DNA from: an uncultured Dehalococcoidia bacterium
GTDB taxonomy: Bacteria > Chloroflexota > Dehalococcoidia > Lucifugimonadales > UBA1123
NCBI GenBank assembly: GCA_951812505.1
Contig: CATOSI010000001.1
Location: 750,012-814,011, forward strand
DNA length: 64,000 nucleotides
Direction of reading: 5' to 3'
This document shows, piece after piece, positions 10,097 to 20,361 of this stretch (positions within the stretch are counted from its first letter, which is position 1; every line of letters starts with the position of its first letter). The notes under the pieces were generated by a model, which saw only the letters and a program-made list of their open reading frames with translations, was not told the origin of the DNA and made no database searches. Both the position numbers and the translations under genes were made by a program.

Positions 10097-10399
10097 CTAG
10101 CCCCCTGCCTGGCTGGAGAACAGGTATATGGTATCGCCCGGGGAGATGGGGATCGGGTCGTCGCTGATGAAAGTGAGTCCGTTGAGGTTGGCGGTATAGC
10201 TGGGAAGCAGGCGCGAGCCGTCGTCCTCGAGCGCGACGGACAGCAGGGACGGTAGGGCCGCAGCGAGTGCGGCAGCCAAGTCGGACGTGCTGGATTGAGG
10301 TGAAAGGGCGACCCGGACATCGCGGACCCCGGCAACGGTTCGGGCATATCCGAACAGTTCAACCTGAACTATCACTCTACTTTCCGTTTTAGTATTCAT
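10097..10399 (-). CDS. moaD: MoaD/ThiS family sulfur carrier
   Basis: 100 aa ubiquitin-like protein ending QAGG; sits between mobA and aor. Confidence 0.8.
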   Translation of the reverse strand: MNTKTESRVIVQVELFGYARTVAGVRDVRVALSPQSSTSDLAAALAAALPSLLSVALEDDGSRLLPSYTANLNGLTFISDDPIPISPGDTIYLFSSQAGG

Positions 10400-11031
10400 T
10401 GTTCAAAATTAGCCAAAGCGATGCGGTTCGCTCTTTCCAAGTCCTGCTGGGTGTTGATGTTGAAGAAGCTGAGGAGGTCTGGGTCTATCTCACGCACTTG
10501 GTCTTCTGCGAAATAGCTGACGGTTACGTCATCGAAGAAGCCGGAAATCTTCAACTCGTTCGCGTTCAGTTTCTCGCGGATTGGACCTAGACATGGTTTT
10601 GAATAAGCGGCGTGAATTGGCTCAGGTCTTCCGTCCACGACGGGAACGACAGCGTTGTTGGAGCCCCGTTCGGCCAACAGGGCCTCGTATAGTTGGGGAC
10701 TGGGGAAGGGCATATCGCAGGCACAAAAGACAGCCCACTCAGTCGGTGCGGCGCACAGGCCGGTATAGATTCCTCCGAGCGAACCTTTGCCGGGATATTC
10801 GTCTATTACCGGAGTTGTGCATTCTGGCAGATCGAGTTCGGCGACGCGCTCGTCGTCGTTGGCGACAACAATGATGTTGGACGTTACAAGACCCATTGTG
10901 CGGATTACACGGCGGATTAAGGGTTCGCCCTGGAATGGCTCCAGCGCTTTGTTCCGACCCAGACGCCGACTCATGCCGCCCGCAAGTATGACAGCAGTGA
11001 CACCGAAAGTCCTGTTCACGCATTCGCTCAT
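10396..11031 (-). CDS. mobA: Molybdenum cofactor guanylyltransferase
   Basis: ILAGGMSRRLGRNKA, GSLGGIYTGL, ACDMPF, EPIHAAYS, FFNINT. Confidence 0.92.
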   Translation of the reverse strand: MSECVNRTFGVTAVILAGGMSRRLGRNKALEPFQGEPLIRRVIRTMGLVTSNIIVVANDDERVAELDLPECTTPVIDEYPGKGSLGGIYTGLCAAPTEWAVFCACDMPFPSPQLYEALLAERGSNNAVVPVVDGRPEPIHAAYSKPCLGPIREKLNANELKISGFFDDVTVSYFAEDQVREIDPDLLSFFNINTQQDLERANRIALANFEQ

Positions 11032-11050
11032 AGGTTCAGATTATCAGAAC

Positions 11051-13000
11051 TCAGTCTGTACCGCTACCCAGAACTGCTTTGAGAGTGCCCATTTCGCTCA
11101 CGTTGTAGCCACCGAGGGATTGCACTTCTGCCTGGAAGTCGGACGAGCGAATCATTTCAAGCATGGGCGCGAGAAGTTCGCTGTCGTAGAACTCGGCAGG
11201 AATCACGAGGTCGTACTGCTCCTCGAAAAGTGGGATGAAGTCGAGTCCCATAGCGCGCGCGGCGGGCAGGATGCCGAGTCCCACATCGGCCCGACCACCC
11301 TGCACTGCCGCCGCGACTGCGAGGTGAGTGTACTCTTCACGGTCGTAGCCGGATATGGATTCAGGCGAAACGCCAAGTTCGCGGAGCTTGAAGTCGAGCA
11401 AGACGCGAGTGCCGGCGCCACGCTGTCGGTTGACGAACCTGACTCCTGACCTTGCCACATCTGACAGGGAGGATATTCGCATGGGATTGCGCGGGGCGGT
11501 CATTAGTCCCTGTGTTCTTCCCGTGAGGTGGACCAAGGCGACCCGACTGCCCGGAATGTAGCGTTCTATGTAGGACACGTTGTACTCGCCGGTGTCTTCG
11601 TCCATGAGATGCGAGCCCGCGATGTGCGTTTCGCCTCTACGGACCGCGAGGAGGCCACCCAGACTGCCGACGTTTGCAGAGGCGAGAGTCGGATTGCCGG
11701 GATGCTCGCTGAGGCGGCTGGCGAGTAGATCGAGGATGAGGTCGTGACTGCCTATTGCGACTATAGTGCGTTGGATGTCCGGCATGGGCCTGAGAAGGCG
11801 TACATCAACTTCGCTGCCAGCCTCTATGCCCTCGGAGTTTCTGGGGACGCGGGCAATACCGTCGGCGCGGACAAGTGAGCTTATGACGCCCGCACCACGC
11901 TGGAGAGGCGTCGCGACAAGCCTTTCGCCGACCTGTCCGAGGCGGACACGCAGGAATTCGTCCTCGCCCATGGGGGAGTGGACGCGGCGGGTTATTGTGG
12001 CCGTAGCAACAGGATCTGGGTCGGCGGAGCGTCCCAGCCTGGATTCGACGATGGGCTGCACAAACAGTTCGCAGGCTATGACCGCCGATACAGGATAGCC
12101 CGGGATCCCAATGACGGGCTTGCTCTCGACAACTCCCAGTACGATTGGATGGCCGGGCCGGATGGCGACGCCGTGAACTACCAGATTACCTAGCTGCTCG
12201 ACGCAACCTGCGGTGTAGTCCTCAGTACCGGCTGAGGATCCTGCATTGACCAGAACGATGTCGTAGCGGCTGACGGCCTGGCTTATCGCATCGCTAAGCA
12301 GGTCGGGGTCGTCGGGGACAGGGGGGAGCCGGGTAGGGTCGGTGCCCCACTCTTCGAGCATGGAGGCGAGGACTATTGAGTTGAATTCCACTATGTCGCC
12401 TGGCTTGGGGTTCTCGGAAATGTCAACGAGCTCGGTTCCGGTGGGGATGATGGCAACAGTGGTCTTGGGTCGGACGGCGATTTCGGTGACTCCGGCGGCG
12501 GCGCAGGCTCCGAGGTCGGCGGGGCGCAGGCGGTGGTTCTGTGGGAGGAGAAGTTCGGATTCTACGATGTCCTCTCCGAGCGGCCTGACGTGGTTGTAGG
12601 GCGGGACTGGGGCCCTTATCTCGATGGCGGAATCGTCGAGACGGTTGACGACTTCTATCATTATTACGGCGTCGAACTCGTCGGGAACCGGATCGCCGGT
12701 GTCCACCCATTCGGCCTGTTCGGGGAGCGTGAGGGTGAGGGGCGAGGTCTCGGACGCGCCAACAGTGTCAGCGGCGCGCACTGCCACGCCGTCCATGGCT
12801 GAGGCGTCGTAGTGGGGGACTGAGCGGGCGGCCCAGACTGGCTCGGCGGTAATTCTGCCGAGGGCATCTTGGATGGAGATGCGCTCGGGTTCGGGTGTGG
12901 TGAGGGCGTCCGCGTGGCTCAGGGCGTCGGTGTAGCGGGCGGTGGCCTCGTGGAGGGGAATGTCCTCGAGGTAATAGCGGCGGGAGTGGGCGTGGGTCAT
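11051..13000 (-). CDS. moeA: MoeA molybdopterin metal insertase fused to a C-terminal periplasmic-binding-like (PBP) domain
   Basis: SAMDGVAV, PTGTEL, GSSAGTED, RPGHP, GIPGYPVS; PBP part GSHD, VGSLGGL, FVNRQRGAGTR, THLAVAAAV. ATG 13000 chosen over GTG 13108. Confidence 0.88.
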   Translation of the reverse strand: MTHAHSRRYYLEDIPLHEATARYTDALSHADALTTPEPERISIQDALGRITAEPVWAARSVPHYDASAMDGVAVRAADTVGASETSPLTLTLPEQAEWVDTGDPVPDEFDAVIMIEVVNRLDDSAIEIRAPVPPYNHVRPLGEDIVESELLLPQNHRLRPADLGACAAAGVTEIAVRPKTTVAIIPTGTELVDISENPKPGDIVEFNSIVLASMLEEWGTDPTRLPPVPDDPDLLSDAISQAVSRYDIVLVNAGSSAGTEDYTAGCVEQLGNLVVHGVAIRPGHPIVLGVVESKPVIGIPGYPVSAVIACELFVQPIVESRLGRSADPDPVATATITRRVHSPMGEDEFLRVRLGQVGERLVATPLQRGAGVISSLVRADGIARVPRNSEGIEAGSEVDVRLLRPMPDIQRTIVAIGSHDLILDLLASRLSEHPGNPTLASANVGSLGGLLAVRRGETHIAGSHLMDEDTGEYNVSYIERYIPGSRVALVHLTGRTQGLMTAPRNPMRISSLSDVARSGVRFVNRQRGAGTRVLLDFKLRELGVSPESISGYDREEYTHLAVAAAVQGGRADVGLGILPAARAMGLDFIPLFEEQYDLVIPAEFYDSELLAPMLEMIRSSDFQAEVQSLGGYNVSEMGTLKAVLGSGTD

Positions 13001-13124
13001 GGCGCGGTTTTCAATGCGGCTATCCAGCCTGAGGATTCGGGATTTTCGGGCAAGGGAACTCTCTCCAAGGAGGGTGAGTGCACGAGGTCGTGGCCCACTT
13101 TCGGACACCGGCCAATCTCAACGT

Positions 13125-14357
13125 TTAGTATAGGTTAACAGACACTCTTTCTCCCGCATATAGCCCCCCGGAGTCTGCCGGCACTTGTATAAGCCCATGG
13201 GAATTGACCAGGGTGTAGATGAGGTTGGATTTGCCGAATACGGGGGTGGCGCGTGCTTGCCCGTCGGACTTGGACAAGGTTACTGGTACGTAGTCCTCTC
13301 TGCCTGATTCGGAGGGAATATCGGCGGTGAGGATGGCTTCAACCGTGTTTGTCGTGGGCGGGCTGCTTGCTCCGGAGAGTAGGCGGATGGTGGGGGCTAC
13401 CAACAGGTCGAAGACTACGAGCGCGGACACCGGATTGCCTGGGAGTCCGAATAGGGGCTTGCCGTCGGCGACCGCGACTATGGTGGGCTTGCCGGGCTTG
13501 ATTGAGATGCCGTGCAGCAGGACGCCGGGGTTGCCGAGTTGGTTGAATACGTCGGCGGTCATGTCGCGCGTACTGAGTGAGCTTCCGGCTGAGAAGACGA
13601 GGGCATCGGCTGACTGAATCCCTCTGCGGGCGGCCTGGAGTTGGGGTTCGTATTCGTCGGGCGCGAGTCCGATGACGACAGGCTCGGCTCCACACTGGGC
13701 AACGCGGGCCGCGACTGTGTAGGTGTTGATGTCGCGTATTTTGCCCGGAGGCGGTGATACGTCGGGCGGAACGAGTTCGTCGCCGGTGGAGACGATGGCG
13801 ACTCTGGGCCTTCTGAGGACCTCAATCTCCGTAATGCCGAGCGCCAACAGGCCGCCGATGTCCTGGGGGCGGATAGCGTGGCTTGGACTGAATAGCAGGT
13901 CTCCGGCTCGGACATCCTCGCCCTCGTTTACAACGTTTTCACCAGGGGCGACGGGACGAAGGATCTCGATGGAGGTATCGTCCGCGGGCTGGGTGCGCTC
14001 GATCATCACAACTGCGTCCGCGTTGCCGGCGAGCATTCCGCCCGTGTAGGCGACAGCGGCTTCCCCGACACTCAGTTCCACATCAGATTCGGCCCCTGTC
14101 GGAATGTCGGCGACTACTTCCATCATAGCGGGGAGGGTCTCGGACGCGCCGAAGGTGTCGCGGGCGCGCACTGAGAAGCCGTCCATGGAGGACTTAGGAA
14201 ACGAGGGCAGGTCTTCGGGGGAGCGTATTTGGTCGGCGATTACGCGGCCCAGCGCGGACGTAGTGGGTATGGTCTCACGCTCGCTTATGGCGAAGATGTG
14301 TGGGCGCAGGTCGTCGAAGGCCTGGGAGGGTGAACGAACGTTGAAAAATTCGGGCAT
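13125..14357 (-). CDS. moeA: Gephyrin-like molybdopterin molybdotransferase MoeA
   Basis: SSMDGFSV, STGDELV, IRDIN, IKPGKPT, GLPGNPVS. Confidence 0.92.
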   Translation of the reverse strand: MPEFFNVRSPSQAFDDLRPHIFAISERETIPTTSALGRVIADQIRSPEDLPSFPKSSMDGFSVRARDTFGASETLPAMMEVVADIPTGAESDVELSVGEAAVAYTGGMLAGNADAVVMIERTQPADDTSIEILRPVAPGENVVNEGEDVRAGDLLFSPSHAIRPQDIGGLLALGITEIEVLRRPRVAIVSTGDELVPPDVSPPPGKIRDINTYTVAARVAQCGAEPVVIGLAPDEYEPQLQAARRGIQSADALVFSAGSSLSTRDMTADVFNQLGNPGVLLHGISIKPGKPTIVAVADGKPLFGLPGNPVSALVVFDLLVAPTIRLLSGASSPPTTNTVEAILTADIPSESGREDYVPVTLSKSDGQARATPVFGKSNLIYTLVNSHGLIQVPADSGGLYAGERVSVNLY

Positions 14358-14396
14358 TTTCTCTCCGTCCGTCGGTACAAGTATGGGTTTAACGGA

Positions 14397-14798
14397 TTAT
14401 ATGCTTTGGCGTATCTCAATGCCGTCGCTGGGAAAGCGTCGGTCGAATGTGTAGATGGCACTCGCGCCGTCGGTGCGGGCGGCGGCCCAAATCATGGCGT
14501 CGGCTATGGACACTCTTCCTGACGGGCGGCACATCTCCAAGCCCCGCAGAACGAGACTCTTATCCAGAGCGTAGGTAGATATGTTGTCTCTTTCTACCAA
14601 GTCTATGAGGCTGTCAACCACTTCCGAGCGGGACTTGCCATAGACTGACGTAAGCACAAAAGCGGTTTCCCCCAAGATGCCTTCCGTGATGGCGAGGTCA
14701 TCAACTTCTTCTATGATTTGGGTCGCTTGGTTCGACATTTCGGGCTGGTCGTTTGTTAAATAGCGAACGATCACGCTAGTGTTAAGGAAGACGCCCAT
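14397..14798 (-). CDS. VapC/PIN toxin (first catalytic Asp appears replaced by Asn)
   Basis: VFLNTSVIVRYL...E...SIADAMIWA...IYTFDRRF; TGATG coupling with the upstream antitoxin at 14796-14800. Confidence 0.85.
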   Translation of the reverse strand: MGVFLNTSVIVRYLTNDQPEMSNQATQIIEEVDDLAITEGILGETAFVLTSVYGKSRSEVVDSLIDLVERDNISTYALDKSLVLRGLEMCRPSGRVSIADAMIWAAARTDGASAIYTFDRRFPSDGIEIRQSI

Positions 14799-15082
14799 CA
14801 GACCCGTTCCCTGAGCCCCATTTTCTCTTCGGCCCTTACTTTCCAAGCATATTCCCGCGCCTCGTCCCACTCCTTGCCGGAGGCGACTTTTTTCTTGAGG
14901 TTCTTGGAAAGGCGGCCCGCCAAGGGTTTGCCGTCGTCAGGGGGGTGGAAGTAGATTATGAGGTGGTCTTCTTCCAAGTATTGGTAGGCGCGCCAGCCGG
15001 GGCCTATGCCCAGCTTTTCGCGCAACTCTTCGCCTATGACTATCTCGCCCTTCTGTCCGACTTCTTCCACTTTGTAAGTCAT
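14798..15082 (-). CDS. AbrB/MazE/SpoVT-type antitoxin
   Basis: VGQKGEIVIGEELREKLGIGPG swapped-hairpin motif; translationally coupled to the PIN gene. Confidence 0.82.
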   Translation of the reverse strand: MTYKVEEVGQKGEIVIGEELREKLGIGPGWRAYQYLEEDHLIIYFHPPDDGKPLAGRLSKNLKKKVASGKEWDEAREYAWKVRAEEKMGLRERV

Positions 15083-15109
15083 AGCTGAGCTCCTCGATTC
15101 TTGGAATGG

Positions 15110-16750
15110 TTACAGGCCCAGGATGTTGCCCTCGTCATCAACGTCTAGCTGGCGCGGTGACCCAGGAAGCCCGGGCATGGTGACTATGTTTCCGGCTATC
15201 GGATAGATGAACCCGGCGCCTATGGAGGCGCGAACGTCCGACAGCTGGAAGGTGTAGCCAGAGGGTCGCCCCTTGAGCGCGGGCCGGTGCGAGATGGAGA
15301 GGTGCGTCTTTGCCATGCAGATGGGCAGGTTGCCCCATCCGCGTTCCTGGAACTGCCTGAGCGTCCGACCCGCCGGTAGCGCCCAGCGGACATTCCCTGC
15401 GTTATATACGCGTTTAGAGAGAGCGACTACCTTTTCGCGAAGGGTATCGTCTATGGCGTAGGCGTAGTCTATTTCAGGGTGATCGTCCGCCTCGGTAGCC
15501 GCTATCACGGCTTCGGCGAGGTCCATACCGCCGGCGCCGCCCTCAGCGAATACCTTGCTTTCGACGGCAGCGAACGCCCCTGCTTCTTCCGATCCCTGCT
15601 TGAGGATGGCGGTCTCTTCGGCCGTGTCGGTCGGGAAGTGGTTAAGCGCGACAACGACCGGAAGGTTGAAAGACTTGATCATTCCGATGAGGTGAGTAAG
15701 GTTCTCCATGCCCTTCTGTACGGCCTCGGCGTTGGGCGTTCCGAGGTCGCGCACCCGGACGCCGCCGTGATATTTAACGGCACGCACCGAGGCGACTATG
15801 ACAGCGGCGTGCGGCTCCAGGCCATTGAAGCGCGCCTTGATGTGCATGAACTTCTCGAAGCCCAGATCGGCGCCGAAGCCGGCCTCGGAGAGAACGTAGT
15901 CCGCGTATCCGAGTGCGAGCCTGTCGCCAACGACGGACGAGCAGCCGTGCGCAATGTTCCCGAATGGTCCGGCGTGAACGATAACGGGCTGCCCCTCGGT
16001 GGTCTGGACGATGTTGGGCTGTATCGCGTAGCGGAGCAGCGACATCATCGAGCCCACGGCGCCTACATCTTCGGCGGTGATGGGCGTGCGGTCGGCGGCC
16101 CTTGTCTCGGTGGTGTAGCCGACGACGACGCGGCTCAGCCTGGCGCGGAGATCCTCAAGGTCTCTCGAAAGCGCCAAGATTGCCATGATCTCAGACGCCG
16201 TGACGATGTCGAAGCCGCTCTCGCGCACCGGGGCGTTGTTCGAGCCACCAATACCGGTCATAATCGCGCGCAGGGCACGGTCCTCGACATCGGTGACGCG
16301 CCTCCAGGATATTCCCTCCGGCCTGAAGCCGTCTATTCGGCCGCGCTGGGCTACGTTGTCCGTAAGAGCGGCGAGCAGGTTGTGGGCTGAACCGACGGCG
16401 TGGGCATCGCCCGTGAAGTGGATGTTGACTTCATCCTCCGGCTCAATCAGGCTGAGTCCGCCGCCTGTGCCGCCGCCCTTGATTCCGAAGATAGGACCGA
16501 GCGACGGCTCCCTGAGAGTCGCTACCACGTTCTTGCCGAGTCGTCCCATGGCCTGAGTCAGGCCAACGGTGGTTGTAGTCTTGCCTTCTCCGGCGGGCGT
16601 GGGCGTGATGCCGGTAACGACTACCATCTTGCCGCGCCTCCCGTCGTCACGGATAGCGTCGAGGCTTATCTTGGCCTTGTGGTGACCGTATGGGATGATC
16701 GCGTCGCGGCTAAGTCCCAATTCCTCTGCTACGTCCATGATCGGCCGCAT
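15110..16750 (-). CDS. fhs: Formate--tetrahydrofolate ligase
   Basis: TPTPAGEGKTTT, LREPSLGP.FGIKGG, HFTGD, VHAGPFGNIAHG, EAGFGADLG, PICMAKT, TMPGLP. Confidence 0.96.
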   Translation of the reverse strand: MRPIMDVAEELGLSRDAIIPYGHHKAKISLDAIRDDGRRGKMVVVTGITPTPAGEGKTTTTVGLTQAMGRLGKNVVATLREPSLGPIFGIKGGGTGGGLSLIEPEDEVNIHFTGDAHAVGSAHNLLAALTDNVAQRGRIDGFRPEGISWRRVTDVEDRALRAIMTGIGGSNNAPVRESGFDIVTASEIMAILALSRDLEDLRARLSRVVVGYTTETRAADRTPITAEDVGAVGSMMSLLRYAIQPNIVQTTEGQPVIVHAGPFGNIAHGCSSVVGDRLALGYADYVLSEAGFGADLGFEKFMHIKARFNGLEPHAAVIVASVRAVKYHGGVRVRDLGTPNAEAVQKGMENLTHLIGMIKSFNLPVVVALNHFPTDTAEETAILKQGSEEAGAFAAVESKVFAEGGAGGMDLAEAVIAATEADDHPEIDYAYAIDDTLREKVVALSKRVYNAGNVRWALPAGRTLRQFQERGWGNLPICMAKTHLSISHRPALKGRPSGYTFQLSDVRASIGAGFIYPIAGNIVTMPGLPGSPRQLDVDDEGNILGL

Positions 16751-16947
16751 ACGAAAACCTCCGACAGGTGTTGCGCGACAGGACGCGCAGGCTTGCTAGT
16801 TGACGGGGCGAATTGTAGCATAAGCGCCTATCGAGGGAAACTTGGAAGGAAGCGCTCCCCGTGTTCCTGACAAGGAAGATTCGCGGGATTTTTCCGGGCC
16901 GGGTAAGCAGAACAGAGTCACATAGAAGTCATACGGGAGGGCGAGAT

Positions 16948-17970
16948 ATGAGAGGGGTCGTGTTCACGGGAGACCGTAATCTGGAAGTAAGAGAACTCGG
17001 GAAACCGGAGCCGGGACCCGGGGATGTCGTACTGAAGATGATGGCGTCCGGCCTCTGTGGAAGCGATCTGACGCGTTATCGGATGTCGTCCGACAGGCTG
17101 GGCCCTACGCTGTTCGTCGCAGGTCATGAGCCCTGCGGCGTGGTCGCCGAGGTCGGAGCGAACGTTGACTCGGTCAGAGTCGGCGACCGCGTGATGATGC
17201 ACCACTACACAGGATGCGACAAGTGCTCGATGTGCCGCATCGGATACACCCAGATGTGCCTGGTCCAAAACACTGTGTATGGCAGCGCCGCGGACGGCGG
17301 TCACCAGGACTATCTGCTCTGCCCGGCTTCGACCTGCGTGCCTATGCCGGACGCCCTTTCCTTCGAGGAAGGCGCGGCGGTGGCGTGCGGCACGGGGACT
17401 GCATTCCACGCCGTGAAACGGCTCGGCATTTCGGGCGTTGATACACTCGCCGTGTTCGGACAGGGGCCGGTGGGCGTGAGCGCGACGATGTTCGGCAAGG
17501 CGATGGGCGCGAGAGTCATAGCGGTGGACGTGATCCCCGAAAGACTCGCGCTGTCCGAGGATCTCGGCGCGGATGTTGTCATTGATGCCTCGAAAGACGA
17601 CGCAGAGACGATCATAAGGGAACTCACAGACGGCGAAGGTGCGGACGCGACGCTTGACGCGACCGGGATTCCGGACGTGCGTATAAACGCGGTTGACTCG
17701 GCACGGTATTGGGGAAGGGTGTGCTTCGTAGGCGAGGGTAACACGACGACTTTCGACGTAAGCGCTCAGATAATTCACAAGCAGCTTACGATTTATGGTT
17801 CGTGGACGTTCAGCCTTTCCGGTCTGGCTGAGGCCGCTAACTTCGTGGTCAACCGAAACGTACCGCTAAAGAATTTGATTACGCATCGCTATGACCTGGA
17901 CCAGGCGGACGCGGCGTACAAGCTGTTCGACACTGGCAGAACTGGCAAGCCGGTGTTCATTTGGGAGTAG
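16948..17970 (+). CDS. Zinc-dependent (MDR) alcohol dehydrogenase
   Basis: GLCGSD, GHEPCG, CDKCSMC...C, GQGPVG; GGAGG RBS before ATG 16948. Confidence 0.92.
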   Translation: MRGVVFTGDRNLEVRELGKPEPGPGDVVLKMMASGLCGSDLTRYRMSSDRLGPTLFVAGHEPCGVVAEVGANVDSVRVGDRVMMHHYTGCDKCSMCRIGYTQMCLVQNTVYGSAADGGHQDYLLCPASTCVPMPDALSFEEGAAVACGTGTAFHAVKRLGISGVDTLAVFGQGPVGVSATMFGKAMGARVIAVDVIPERLALSEDLGADVVIDASKDDAETIIRELTDGEGADATLDATGIPDVRINAVDSARYWGRVCFVGEGNTTTFDVSAQIIHKQLTIYGSWTFSLSGLAEAANFVVNRNVPLKNLITHRYDLDQADAAYKLFDTGRTGKPVFIWE

Positions 17971-18040
17971 GCGGGCAAATGTCTTGAGTTGCGTATATAA
18001 TGGCGAGGTAGATACATAGGCGAGGTGAGAGGAGACACAG

Positions 18041-18835
18041 ATGAAAGAACGCGGAGATACGATTATCGGCGAGGGAACCATCAAGTTTGGTATCGAGTAC
18101 AGGGACCTGCTTCACGATCAGGGCGTGTGCATCCATGTTCTGGGCGACGTCAGCGAGGACGACGAGCACGAGCTTCTCAGGTTCGACTGCTTCGACCATG
18201 AGCCTCACTACCACTATGGGCCGCAACAGTTGAATGAAAGGCTCATGCTGGACAAGACGACGGCCGGCGACTCGCTGGACTGGACGCTGGGCAATATCCG
18301 AAGTCGGCTGCCCGAAATGATAGATAGGGCGCGGTATCCCGAACTGGCTGAGGCAGCGCGGGATGCTGATCTGTCTGCCGAGATGGATGAGCTTGAGTCG
18401 CAGGCTCGGGCGCTGTCTGTGTCGGGTCGGCGAACGGTCATGCACGACCGCGGCGACGTCATCCTGGAAGCGGGACCTGTACGGTTCGGCGTGGAGTTCA
18501 GGACGCTGGCTAACGACCGGGGCGTGGCAATCCACGTGCTGGGAGACATCGGAGATGAAGAGCAGGAACTGCTAACGTTCGACTGCTTCGAAGTAGCGCC
18601 ACACTATCACTACGGACCGAGGGCGAAGAACCAGCGGCTGTACCTGGACATGACGACCGTCCCGGACCCGCTGGGATGGGCGCTCGACCTGTTCAAGGGT
18701 GGCAAGCTGGGCACCATGCTCGAGAGAGCGGGTTACACCGACCACGCCGCCCGTCTGAACCCGGCGCTAGTCGCAAGCGCGGTTACCGAGCTTGAGAGCG
18801 TGTCCAGGGAGATGGAGACAGCGAACGCTCAGTAG
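18041..18835 (+). CDS. Hypothetical protein made of two tandem copies of an ~130 aa domain
   Basis: Repeated FG.E.R...D.GV.IHVLGD...ELL.FDCF...PHYHYGP...RL.LD.TT..D.L.W.L; AGGAG RBS; TATAAT at 17996-18001. Confidence 0.8.
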   Translation: MKERGDTIIGEGTIKFGIEYRDLLHDQGVCIHVLGDVSEDDEHELLRFDCFDHEPHYHYGPQQLNERLMLDKTTAGDSLDWTLGNIRSRLPEMIDRARYPELAEAARDADLSAEMDELESQARALSVSGRRTVMHDRGDVILEAGPVRFGVEFRTLANDRGVAIHVLGDIGDEEQELLTFDCFEVAPHYHYGPRAKNQRLYLDMTTVPDPLGWALDLFKGGKLGTMLERAGYTDHAARLNPALVASAVTELESVSREMETANAQ

Positions 18836-18944
18836 CTGATAGCAGTCAACTATAGGACATAGGCGCGCACGAGCTAACCGATAGAGACGGGAGGTGGACG
18901 CGCGCCTTTTCATTTCAGCGGCAACTTGTCCGAATGGATTCCTA

Positions 18945-20306
18945 CTACTGGAATGAACGAAGTCCCTTTTGGGTAATCAGGACAATTAAGGTCACCAGAA
19001 TGAGCAGCGCGCCAAGTATGGCGATGGCCATCTGACCGCCCAGAGCGTCTGCAATCATCCCGGCTGGCAGAACGCCTAGCGGCATCAGACCGAAATTCAT
19101 CATGAACACGCTCATCACGCGCCCGCGGTACTGGTCTTCCACCACTTCCATAATCAGGCCCATGTTGATCGTGCGCCGTCCAGCGTCGCCGAGTCCCACC
19201 AGGACCATTATCACGGCGGCGGCGTAGTAGAACGGGAACGATGCGATAAGCAGCAGCGCGATCCCGGACACGAACGAGCCTATTATCAGAAGCATCCCCC
19301 TGCGCCAGTCGCCCAACGCGGCTATGGCAAGCGACCCAACCAGCGACCCTCCGCCCATGATGGCGACGAGAAGTCCCATCGAATCAGGTCCCCGGTTGTA
19401 GATGTCCACCACGAACACCGGCAGGAGCATCCTGAACGGTGAGGCGAGCAGGGTTGTGGCCAGTCCCATGACAAGCAGGACGAGCACCATCCTATTACCC
19501 TTTATGTACACGAGCCCGGCGCCAATGTCGGCGAACATATTTCGCCTCTGACTTGGCGCGGCGGCTCTCTCGGGCTTGGGCACCAGCGTGGTGACAATGA
19601 CAGACAGGATACTCAGACCGGAAATTATGAAGTACACGTTCGCGGGCCCGGCGACCGCGTAGAGTCCTCCGGCGACCGCGGGAGCGATCAGAGTCATCGC
19701 GCTCATCCCGGCGGCGTTCAGGGCCATTGCATTGCCGATTCTCTCGGGGCCGACGATCTGCGGGATGATAGCCTGTCTCGCGGGCATCATGAATGTCCAA
19801 ACGGTGCCTTGCAGGATAGAAACGATCAGCAGGTGATACCATTCGACCATGTCGGTGAATATGGCTGTGCCAATGACGAGTGCGAAAATTGCGACAATGA
19901 CCTGGCCGCCCTGAATCAGCCGCTTGCGCTCGACGCGGTCAGCTATCACGCCGCCGAATGGGGCGAGAAAGAGCATGGGAATCGCCATCCCAGCGCTGAC
20001 GAAACCAAGAAGAGCGGCGGAGCCGGTGAGATCGTACACAAGGTAGCCGCGAGCGAGCATCTGCATCTGCATACCGGCCATCATGGCCATCATCCCCAGC
20101 CACAGATACAGGTAGTCTCGGTTATTCAGGGAAGAAAAGGTCTGTCGCCAGCCGCGTGTTTGGGTATTGCTGGGTGGAAGCACGGCCCCGGAAGGGGAGC
20201 TGTTGCGGGAAGCAGTCTGTCTATTGGGAGTCTGCTGTTGTGAATCGCCTGCTGAATCTGGCGAGGGAGAATCCTCAGAAGAGGATGATGCTGAATCTGA
20301 TTTCAT
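18945..20306 (-). CDS. MFS transporter
   Basis: About 12 hydrophobic segments, GGVIADRVERKR motif A, RGRVMSV. Confidence 0.9.
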   Translation of the reverse strand: MKSDSASSSSEDSPSPDSAGDSQQQTPNRQTASRNSSPSGAVLPPSNTQTRGWRQTFSSLNNRDYLYLWLGMMAMMAGMQMQMLARGYLVYDLTGSAALLGFVSAGMAIPMLFLAPFGGVIADRVERKRLIQGGQVIVAIFALVIGTAIFTDMVEWYHLLIVSILQGTVWTFMMPARQAIIPQIVGPERIGNAMALNAAGMSAMTLIAPAVAGGLYAVAGPANVYFIISGLSILSVIVTTLVPKPERAAAPSQRRNMFADIGAGLVYIKGNRMVLVLLVMGLATTLLASPFRMLLPVFVVDIYNRGPDSMGLLVAIMGGGSLVGSLAIAALGDWRRGMLLIIGSFVSGIALLLIASFPFYYAAAVIMVLVGLGDAGRRTINMGLIMEVVEDQYRGRVMSVFMMNFGLMPLGVLPAGMIADALGGQMAIAILGALLILVTLIVLITQKGLRSFQ

Positions 20307-20361
20307 GCGTTGAGTTTACAGGAGTGGGGAAGAGGTAATCAATTTGGGGAGGGCGCGTTCG

